Shown: positions 49,122-56,887 of the stretch, in pieces | Position numbering within the stretch: position 1 is the stretch's first letter | Layout: every line of letters begins with the position of its first letter | Origin: a virus | Direction: 5' to 3' (one strand) | IMG/VR virus record: IMGVR_UViG_3300010412_000003 | Location: 20,547 to 84,546 of that record | DNA: 64,000 nt | Program-made: the position numbers and the translations under genes | The notes under the pieces: model-generated | The model's database searches: none | Seen by the model: the letters and a program-made list of their open reading frames with translations, nothing else | Told to the model about the DNA's origin: nothing

Positions 49122-50147
49122 TTACCATTTTAATTTTGAATGATCAATAGAGTTTCTACCGACTTCAATAAATTCAGCATTCGCTGAATATTCTAATAAA
49201 TTTGTAGCATTGACATATGTCATTGACGATCTTAGGCTTGATGAAATATCATTGATCATATCAACAAGATTAATCAACTTTTCTTCCTGTCTCGAAATTC
49301 CTTCAACTGATCTATGAGAACCACCCTTATTTCTTTTTTGGTTTTCCAAACTTGCCATCCCATAAATAGTCCCATCATGACCAGATTCAATAACCCTTCC
49401 AAACCATCCACCAATCATCACAAAATCAGCACCACCAGCCAATGCCTTACAAACATCACCAGCATTTCTAATTCCACCATCAGCAACGATTCCAGTATTA
49501 TAAAAAGCACAGTTCATTACTGCTGATAATTGAGGAAACCCAACACCAGTTTTGTTTCTTGTTGTGCAAAGAGAACCAGAACCAATACCAACCCTAAAAA
49601 GACCAGCACCATGAGATTCTAATCTATTTACACCATCTGGTGTTACAACATTTCCAGACATAATAATTACACTCTGATTTAAAAGAGCATAATAAATTTT
49701 GTTGATTCTATTATGAAGATCACTCAAATATCCATTTGCAACATCAACACAAACAACTACAATATTTTTATAAGTTTCAACAAGTCTTAAAATGTCACTT
49801 GGTTGTAAACCATTCATACCAACAGAAATTCCAAATGGAACACCAAACATATCAATTTTTTTAATCTCAGATTCATATCTTTCAAAATCAAAATTTCCTC
49901 TTTCATCTGAAAAGAAACGATGCAAAATTCCCAAACCACCTAATTTACCCAACCCAATAATAAGCTCAGATTCTACAATCCCTGCCATTGGGGATGCAAT
50001 AATTGGTATTTCAAGTGTAACATGATCTCCATTTTGAAGAACAATATCTCTTGAAATATTTGTTTCCATCCTAGAATTTACTTGAGAATATTTTGGGATG
50101 ATCATTAGATCATCATATTCGTAACCACGAATAATTTTGTTTTCCAT
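49122..50147 (-). CDS. IMP dehydrogenase / GMP reductase family enzyme (no CBS domains)
   Basis: YDD.MI.P, SPM, DVANG, GNV.T, VGIGSGSLCTT, ADGGI, YGMAS. Confidence 0.9.
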   Translation of the reverse strand: MENKIIRGYEYDDLMIIPKYSQVNSRMETNISRDIVLQNGDHVTLEIPIIASPMAGIVESELIIGLGKLGGLGILHRFFSDERGNFDFERYESEIKKIDMFGVPFGISVGMNGLQPSDILRLVETYKNIVVVCVDVANGYLSDLHNRINKIYYALLNQSVIIMSGNVVTPDGVNRLESHGAGLFRVGIGSGSLCTTRNKTGVGFPQLSAVMNCAFYNTGIVADGGIRNAGDVCKALAGGADFVMIGGWFGRVIESGHDGTIYGMASLENQKRNKGGSHRSVEGISRQEEKLINLVDMINDISSSLRSSMTYVNATNLLEYSANAEFIEVGRNSIDHSKLKW

Positions 50148-50420
50148 TTACCAGCCTTTCCAATTAGCCTCTGTATTTGCACCACGATATGATTTTCTAG
50201 GTTTTCTGTCAGAATCTAGTGCTTTATAATATTGTCTTCTTGATTTACTTAATCTCTTTTTATAATATTTTCCACGATCTGCCCATGTTGAGCCATAACT
50301 TCCACCAAACAATTTCCAAGTAAATCTCTTGGTTGTATAACCCATTGGATAACCATTATCTTCTGGAACAATAGGTTTCAGAACTTTTTCGATACCATGC
50401 TTTTCATTTTGCTTGTTCAT
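50148..50420 (-). CDS. basic hypothetical protein
   Basis: AGGAGG RBS. Confidence 0.6.
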   Translation of the reverse strand: MNKQNEKHGIEKVLKPIVPEDNGYPMGYTTKRFTWKLFGGSYGSTWADRGKYYKKRLSKSRRQYYKALDSDRKPRKSYRGANTEANWKGW

Positions 50421-50459
50421 AAAACCTCCTATAAAATGAAAGTTTTATCTAAAAATGTA

Positions 50460-50481
50460 ATGGGGTGATTTCTCACCCCAT
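50460..50481 (-). terminator. hairpin downstream of the tRNA/ncRNA cluster
   Basis: ATGGGGTGA/TCACCCCAT, GAAA loop on - strand. Confidence 0.55.
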
Positions 50482-50678
50482 CCTTATTTTTCGTGCTGAT
50501 ATAGCTAATAATAAAATAAAATCAAAGATCAAATTCTATATCAGCATAAAATGGGTTATAGCTACACATATTGCTCCCCATCAAAACAACATGCTTTACC
50601 AGCAGTTCCTATAGTGGAAATCCTTCTTAGGTAATTAGCAAGCTAGGAAACTTGCCTGTCCACACCTGCCTACGCTAG

Positions 50679-50752
50679 AGCTTCCAACAAGACTCGAACT
50701 TGCAACATACAGTTTGGAAAACTGTCGTTCTACCAAATTGAACTACAGAAGC
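50679..50752 (-). tRNA. tRNA-Gly(TCC)
   Basis: cloverleaf; ACAGT-TTTCCAA-ACTGT; TTCGAGT T-loop; U73; CCA not encoded. Confidence 0.88.
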
Positions 50753-51003
50753 TGATGGGGAGTTTAGTCTCTCCTAACATCCCCTTAGTCACACCACTTT
50801 CAGAATTTTCCTAGGCTGGTGTAGGTGTCACACAAACAAAAACTCAACCCCTGTAGCACTCTTCTCCAATGGTGGGCAAATCCATCAGTGAGTCTTCGTT
50901 TCTGGTTTTATCATCCATCACAAGCCCTTAATGACGACAACCCTGCCAGTATAACGCTACAGTCACCACAATAGCCTTCCCAAGCTACCTCAAACAAAAA
51001 ACC

Positions 51004-51111
51004 ATATAACAAGTGGGGATTCCAACCCCATGCAATCTTACTGTGGATAACCACTCATTCAGATTATGTTATTATCTTTCACGATAGTTCGCACCTATCT
51101 GCTTGTTATAT
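51004..51111 (-). ncRNA. tRNA-like structured RNA without anticodon arm
   Basis: 10-bp terminal stem ATATAACAAG/CTTGTTATAT stacked on TGGGG-TTGGAAT-CCCCA; GATAG/CTATC arm. Confidence 0.55.
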
Positions 51112-51115
51112 TTAG

Positions 51116-51183
51116 CAGAGAGTGAAGGCATCGAACCTCCGTTAAGTGTTTTGGAGACACTTTTCTTGCCAAAAGAACCCTCT
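51116..51183 (-). tRNA. tRNA-Trp(CCA) with shortened D arm
   Basis: AGTGT-CTCCAAA-ACACT; GGAGG-TTCGATG-CCTTC; G73. Confidence 0.78.
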
Positions 51184-51404
51184 GTATTGTGTGGTTGTTT
51201 TTGATTTTGATCATCACAGGGTTTAGCTGATTAGATCATACCAGCATCCCTACCACACGAATCCGCTGGTTATTCTATAACTTTTTGGCTGGTAGTTGCA
51301 TAGCATCATTCCAGCCGACAAACATATAAAAACTATAACCATGTTTCGCTTGTCCGTTTACGGCTGTGTACACTTGCGCCTTGAAACATGAAAACATCTG
51401 CAAG

Positions 51405-51477
51405 CTGGCAAACTTGGATTCGAACCAAGAACCAATCGGTTAACAGCCGACTACTCTACCTGTTGAGCTACATGCCA
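51405..51477 (-). tRNA. tRNA-Asn(GTT)
   Basis: TAGCTCA..GGTAGAG, TCGG-CTGTTAA-CCGA, TTCGAAT, G73. Confidence 0.9.
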
Positions 51478-51693
51478 GTGTTGGTTGAAGGACTATTAAA
51501 TTCCCTTACGAATTCAACCAATCCGTTTTTTCTGCCGTTGCAACCAGAAGAGACAAAGTTGTACCACTCGCACTTGTCAAACGAGTACATGAAATGAGCA
51601 TATCATGTGGATGTAGCAGGACATTCTTTTTTTTACAAAGGGTACGATTATCTGCTCTTTTTGTATGTTCGACCAATCCCACACAAGTCCCTG

Positions 51694-51768
51694 TCGGAAA
51701 AGCTGGATTCGAACCAGCGACCTCTGCGCCCCAAACGCATTGCTCTAACCTGACTGAGCTACATTCCG
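51694..51768 (-). tRNA. tRNA-Pro(TGG)
   Basis: CGG acceptor start, TGCG-TTTGGGG-CGCA, TTCGAAT, A73. Confidence 0.9.
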
Positions 51769-51773
51769 ATTTT

Positions 51774-51845
51774 TCAAGACGAATGGATTCGAACCATTGC
51801 CACTACCTAAAAGGAATTGTGCTTGACCTCCTACACCACATCTTG
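51774..51845 (-). tRNA. atypical or pseudo tRNA (intact acceptor, D and T arms; disrupted anticodon arm, nominal TTT)
   Basis: CAAGATG/CGTCTTG, AATGG-TTCGAAT-CCATT; anticodon stem poorly paired. Confidence 0.55.
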
Positions 51846-51919
51846 AAAGTGAGGGGACTACCCCTCAATTGTAAGTTGAATTTGAGTTCTTTTCAAAAAC
51901 CATGTTTTCAACTATGAAT

Positions 51920-51948
51920 AGTTTATCATTAATTTTCTTTTTTGTCAA
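51920..51948 (-). promoter_or_regulatory. sigma70/sigmaA promoter driving the tRNA/ncRNA cluster
   Basis: TTGACA-17bp-TAAACT with TGn. Confidence 0.75.
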
Positions 51949-52345
51949 GGGTCAATTTCTCTGAAAGTCTCTGTCTTGTTTCAGTCAAGTCTTTTAATCT
52001 GTCACTTGCCTGTTGCAAGGTTGAAATTGCATGTGAAATTTCCCTATCAACTTCTTCTAATGTTTCCATCTTATGAGTGTACTTTCCTGCTGGAAAGCTA
52101 TAAATAAACCTGTGTTTAGACCTATCTACTAAGATAAACTCAACCTGACTATCACCATCACAATCTGGAATAAACTTTTTTCTCAAAAGTCTGTAAACCA
52201 AATCATTTGTTTCAATCCAAATTTCCTTTGGTATATTACTCCATGAATCTCCATTGCCAAATCTTTCTGCAAGAAACCTTCTGATTTCAGAAAGAAACCT
52301 TTCCACTTCATCAACCCATTTTTCTTGCTCGGTTAGTTCTGTCAT
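51929..52345 (-). CDS. hypothetical protein
   Basis: GAGG RBS. Confidence 0.6.
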   Translation of the reverse strand: MTELTEQEKWVDEVERFLSEIRRFLAERFGNGDSWSNIPKEIWIETNDLVYRLLRKKFIPDCDGDSQVEFILVDRSKHRFIYSFPAGKYTHKMETLEEVDREISHAISTLQQASDRLKDLTETRQRLSEKLTLDKKEN

Positions 52346-52360
52346 AAAATACCTCTTTTA

Positions 52361-52675
52361 TTAAATCATTTTCTCGAATTCAAAAAAGTCATAATCAGAT
52401 GCACTTTCAAGAAGTTTAATTTCTTCTTCAAGCTCTAATTCAGCTTTTATTTCATCCAAAGTTTTAGCACCATTACCATAATGATTTCTAGGATTTCCAC
52501 AACAATATTCGCTACATTGTGCTGGTGTTCTGGCAACCCTTCCAATTGATGTTGGGTTTGGTTCTGAAACATCAAGACCTTTAGACCAACGCTCAAGCCT
52601 TCTTTTTGCTTGTTTCTTTTTTTTCTCAAGATACATTCTTCTTTGGTCTCTTGTTCTGTTCATAACTACTCCCAA
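52361..52675 (-). CDS. hypothetical protein with CS..CCGNPR motif
   Basis: basic N-terminus and Cys cluster. Confidence 0.6.
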   Translation of the reverse strand: MGVVMNRTRDQRRMYLEKKKKQAKRRLERWSKGLDVSEPNPTSIGRVARTPAQCSEYCCGNPRNHYGNGAKTLDEIKAELELEEEIKLLESASDYDFFEFEKMI

Positions 52676-53997
52676 TAAATAGGGCTAAAAATAATTTGAG
52701 ATAATCCTTGGTCTTTTGTCCACATAAATGAAACTACTGCACGTTGATTTCCAATAAAAAGATTTTCATCATGCCATTCGTCAGGCTCACTAATTGTTGG
52801 TAAACTTCTCCAAACGAGACCACCAGTTTCAACTGTTTGTTGGTGATGAATATGCCCACTATGTATCTCGGCATATTTTGCCTTTCCCCAAAACTCTCTT
52901 GCCTCAATTTGCAAAAAATTAGACAGCATTCTTCCCTTGTTCACATCACCATGTATCCATCCAACTAAAGAATTACCAAACATTCTAAATTTTCTTGGAG
53001 AGTGATCAACATCTATTTTTACATTTTCATCACTTTTGAAATTCAACTCAAGAGCTTTTGCAAAATAATAAGATGTTAAACTATCATGATTTCCTGCAAC
53101 GTGAATATATTCAACTGGTGCTAAATCAGCAAACTGATTTATAATTTCAATAAATGCATCAAGAGCTTCATCAAAGTTCTGTTGTGGTGTTTTTCCATTT
53201 GTTGTAACAAATGTTCCACCTGTAGTTGTTCTTTTCTTGGTATCAAAATGAAAAATATCACCAAGACCAGTTATTACAATTTTTTCAAATCCATACTGAT
53301 CAACTTTTTCTATTAAATTTTCAACAGCAAACAAGAGGTTGCCATATGTTCCATCATCACCATCAGTACCCTTAATACCTACCTTCCCAAAATGAACATC
53401 TGCTAAATTAACTTCTAAAATGTAACCATTTTTTGAAAAGTTATTAACCAAATGCTTTCTTGGTTTGGGTGCTTTTTTGGTATCAAAATATCTGTCAATA
53501 TCCTCGGTTGTAATACCATTTAAACCCTTTGGTTGTAATGAAATCTTTGACTGATAACATACAATAATATTTCCACCACCAGATGGCATATTCCAACCAT
53601 TTGACTTTGCCCATTTTACTTCCCATAGATCAGGGTCGAACCCATGCATTTCAACTAAACGCCTTGGAGATTTTGCCCTTTCCATAAAAATTTCTTTCAA
53701 AACATCTGCTTCATCTTCTGGAAAATTAAATACAATACTTGATTCTCCACTAGAACCAGACATGGTTTGTTCTCTTTTGTTTACATAATTAAATGGCTCT
53801 AATTTTCCACCAACATTTTTATGTGTTTTTGCCACAAACCCCTTTGGTGGGATTCCCCTTCTTTTTCTTTCGGCTTTGAAAACTTGTCTTAGAGTTTCTC
53901 CATTTTCATATCCAAATTCGCTTGCTAACTCTTCCCAAAAACCCCTACCACCTTGCAGGTATCGTTGATAGCAAGCATTAAAAATATGATCTTCCAT
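52666..53997 (-). CDS. calcineurin-like metallophosphoesterase with N-terminal helical/HTH-like region
   Basis: ADVHFG, GDIFH, GNHD, HGD, GHIH. Confidence 0.85.
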   Translation of the reverse strand: MEDHIFNACYQRYLQGGRGFWEELASEFGYENGETLRQVFKAERKRRGIPPKGFVAKTHKNVGGKLEPFNYVNKREQTMSGSSGESSIVFNFPEDEADVLKEIFMERAKSPRRLVEMHGFDPDLWEVKWAKSNGWNMPSGGGNIIVCYQSKISLQPKGLNGITTEDIDRYFDTKKAPKPRKHLVNNFSKNGYILEVNLADVHFGKVGIKGTDGDDGTYGNLLFAVENLIEKVDQYGFEKIVITGLGDIFHFDTKKRTTTGGTFVTTNGKTPQQNFDEALDAFIEIINQFADLAPVEYIHVAGNHDSLTSYYFAKALELNFKSDENVKIDVDHSPRKFRMFGNSLVGWIHGDVNKGRMLSNFLQIEAREFWGKAKYAEIHSGHIHHQQTVETGGLVWRSLPTISEPDEWHDENLFIGNQRAVVSFMWTKDQGLSQIIFSPIYWE

Positions 53998-54272
53998 TTT
54001 TTCTCCTTAATGAAATAAGAATGGTTATCTTTTTTTACCAAGTGGTTTCTACGCTCACACGCCTTACAAAATTTTAAAACTTTCTAAGATCATCCCCTAC
54101 CTATATACCACAAAACATTACAAACATTTTCATAATTGTCCTCTAAATATAGGCAGTTCTATGAAACCACGAAACAGTCCACAACATTTTTGTAAAAGAC
54201 TTCTCCAAAGAAATAAAAGTTAATAATATAAATAATAAACCTTTGGATAATCTTTTATTCAAATCTAAAAAG

Positions 54273-54301
54273 ATTCTACCATTAATTGATTTTATTGTCA
54301 A
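54273..54301 (-). promoter_or_regulatory. sigma70/sigmaA promoter with extended -10
   Basis: TTGACA-17bp-TAGAAT with TGn. Confidence 0.8.
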
Positions 54302-54309
54302 GGGTCAGT

Positions 54310-56442
54310 TTACTCGAAATAAGAATTGTTGACGTAAAATACATCTTCTTCAACAGCATCCAAACCACCTTCTCCAATAAATGATACGTAATGTGGGTCA
54401 CTACTGGCAACTAAAATGTCACAGTAATAAACACCCTGAGATTCTCTAACAACCTCTGCGTCAGTGCCATAAACATATACAACTGGCGTACCAGTTTTTT
54501 TTACTTTATATTTAAATGTAACTGTAGTTGGGTCGTCTAAATCTCCACTTGGATTGCGAAATTCGATTTTAGTTCGAACAGCATCACCTATGTCAAAAAT
54601 ATCTTTTCTTCCCATATATCTCTTCTTTCCATAAATAGTTAATTTAGCCTTTCCATGCAATACATCTATTACAAGATATTCTAATACAGTTCCAATAAAG
54701 TCCGACAATCCAGAGAAAAATTTTCTCGTTTTCTTTTTTACAGTTCCAGAAGAACCCAAAATACCATAGATTGTCAATTTTGTTTTCTTGTAAACATTTC
54801 CACTAGAATCAAAACTTCCGAAAAGGTTTAAGAATAAAATTTTAAAATAGGAAATAATTCCAGAAGAATCCATTTGCCCTTCAAGAGTTTTTGAAATCCT
54901 TTTTAAAATATCACCAGAAAAATTACTGCTTCCTAATAAAGTTTTTCCAACTCTTCTTACAACCTCTCCCGAAGAATTCATACTTCCTGAAATAGATTGA
55001 TAAAATTTACTGCCCAACTTCAATGCATTTAATAAACCAGATGAACTCATATCACCAGATAAGAATTCAAATATTTTTTTAAAAACACTTCCCACAGAAT
55101 CCATTGTACCAAAAAATATTTTCTTTGTCAATAGATATATGCTTCCAGTTGAAGTTTCAGAACCAGTCAATGATTGATAATATTTTCTTGCAAGTTTAAG
55201 CGCATTTAAAATTCCTGATGAACCCATAGAGCCATCAAAAAATTTAATAACCTTCTTTGCTATAACTCCATTTGAATCATAACTTCCAAGAAAAAATTTG
55301 TTTGTTTTTTTTATAATAATTCCAGATGAATTCATTGAACCAGAATTAAACTGGCTGAAAAACTTTCTCAATAACAAAATTCCAGAAGAATTAAAAACCC
55401 CATCTAAAAATTTAAATATTTTTTTAGAAACATTTGATGTTGGTGTTTCATTTCCAGATAATAGTTTGAATATTGCTCTTGTTGTTATTCCAGATGAATC
55501 CATTGAGCCAGATAATAATTTGCTAAAAAATTTTCTTAAAAATAATGTTCCAGATGATGTAAAGTTTCCATCTAAAAATTCTTGTATTTTTTTGGATAGA
55601 TCACCAACAAATGCAGATGTTCCAGATAGAATTTTAGAAGTTGTTTTTGTAATATTTCCAGAAGAATCAAAGCTTCCCAATAATAGTTTTAATATTTTAA
55701 AACTTACAGTTCCAGATGAATTCATAGAACCTTCAAAAAGTCTAGCAAAAAATTTTGAAACAACAAGAGTTCCAGATGATGAAAATGCACCATCAAGAAT
55801 GGTATATGTTTTTTTTGCAAGATCACCAACAAAAGAAGAAATTCCAGATAAAATTTTTGATGTTTTTTTGATTAAAGTTCCAGAGTCTGTTTCAGAGCCA
55901 GCATTGCTTTGTTGATATATTGTAGTTTCTGAAACCGTTATCGTTGGCACTGATGGATATGAATCCATTGCAGTAGCACCAGAATAAATTTCAAGATTTA
56001 TTGTATCTCCATTTGTAACTTGCGCCGAATCAATTAAAAGACAATATTCAGCCTCAAAGTATTGGTTTATAGCACCTGAGTTTGTAACTGTTGCGGTTGA
56101 GTGTACCATTCCAGCATTACCTGAAAGAAACGTACCAACACCACCAGACAATCTTGAAACAGTGTTTGTGCCACTAGTGTAATTTAAACTGCTTGTATAT
56201 TGTATTGGTGAAGTATCAGTTACAGCACTATATCCCCCACCATTTATTTGATAATACAAGTTGAATGAAACATTAGACCAAGCTTTACTATTTTGTTCAT
56301 CCACCAAAAATCTTACTCTAAATTTTGTATCTACTGCTTGACTAAAGTTTGAAGATTGACTTCCTTTGAATGTTGCAGTGGATTCACTCCCATCATCTTC
56401 CCTTCCCCAAAATCCTGTTTGAAAAAATACTGGTTGTGCCAT
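54310..56442 (-). CDS. fibre-like structural protein with ~18-aa repeats and BppU-like C-terminal domain
   Basis: about 20+ repeats GS..SSG.I.KK..K.L.; C-terminal IGD.VR..F....DPT.V. Confidence 0.7.
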   Translation of the reverse strand: MAQPVFFQTGFWGREDDGSESTATFKGSQSSNFSQAVDTKFRVRFLVDEQNSKAWSNVSFNLYYQINGGGYSAVTDTSPIQYTSSLNYTSGTNTVSRLSGGVGTFLSGNAGMVHSTATVTNSGAINQYFEAEYCLLIDSAQVTNGDTINLEIYSGATAMDSYPSVPTITVSETTIYQQSNAGSETDSGTLIKKTSKILSGISSFVGDLAKKTYTILDGAFSSSGTLVVSKFFARLFEGSMNSSGTVSFKILKLLLGSFDSSGNITKTTSKILSGTSAFVGDLSKKIQEFLDGNFTSSGTLFLRKFFSKLLSGSMDSSGITTRAIFKLLSGNETPTSNVSKKIFKFLDGVFNSSGILLLRKFFSQFNSGSMNSSGIIIKKTNKFFLGSYDSNGVIAKKVIKFFDGSMGSSGILNALKLARKYYQSLTGSETSTGSIYLLTKKIFFGTMDSVGSVFKKIFEFLSGDMSSSGLLNALKLGSKFYQSISGSMNSSGEVVRRVGKTLLGSSNFSGDILKRISKTLEGQMDSSGIISYFKILFLNLFGSFDSSGNVYKKTKLTIYGILGSSGTVKKKTRKFFSGLSDFIGTVLEYLVIDVLHGKAKLTIYGKKRYMGRKDIFDIGDAVRTKIEFRNPSGDLDDPTTVTFKYKVKKTGTPVVYVYGTDAEVVRESQGVYYCDILVASSDPHYVSFIGEGGLDAVEEDVFYVNNSYFE

Positions 56443-56825
56443 TATTCAAACCCCTCTTTGGTTTCATATCTGTGTAATGCAGTTTGCAGTTTGAAATCAG
56501 GGTCTTCTCTTGCCATGATTACAGCCTTTGTCCACTTTTCATGGTTTACCATAGCACCTATCAAATATCTTTTTTCAAGACCTTCTCTTGCCATGTACAT
56601 ATTTCTTGTTTCACCATCACATGACAACCATTTTTTATTCTCAGATTCCCAAACATAATAGTCACCACCAGATACCAATTTCCTACCATGAACATCATCT
56701 TTTTCAACTATAAGCAAAACTTCGTAAATTGGTGTCCTTCCAACATCCTCTAGCGTATATGCAGAGAATGTTGAAAGGTCAGAGTAATAAACTTTAAACA
56801 AAGGAGAGTTGTTATTTTTGCCCAT
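56442..56825 (-). CDS. hypothetical protein
   Basis: AGGAG RBS, coupled to next gene. Confidence 0.65.
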   Translation of the reverse strand: MGKNNNSPLFKVYYSDLSTFSAYTLEDVGRTPIYEVLLIVEKDDVHGRKLVSGGDYYVWESENKKWLSCDGETRNMYMAREGLEKRYLIGAMVNHEKWTKAVIMAREDPDFKLQTALHRYETKEGFE

Positions 56826-56887
56826 ATTGGTCTCCTTTTATATTCAATTTTACCACAATTGTTTTCATGATTTTTCTATATATATTG

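Noticed and set aside
50880-50905. Possible hammerhead ribozyme (GAAAC and CTGATG on - strand)
   Set aside because: The core reads CUGAUGG rather than CUGAUGA, and the required stems could not be built.
51388-51917. 69-aa and 107-aa + strand ORFs
   Set aside because: They are antisense readings of tRNA genes (GFEP, DSNH patterns).
54000-54270. Long intergenic region as origin or packaging site
   Set aside because: Only loose ACAAAA/CATTTT-type similarity; no clear iterons or repeats.
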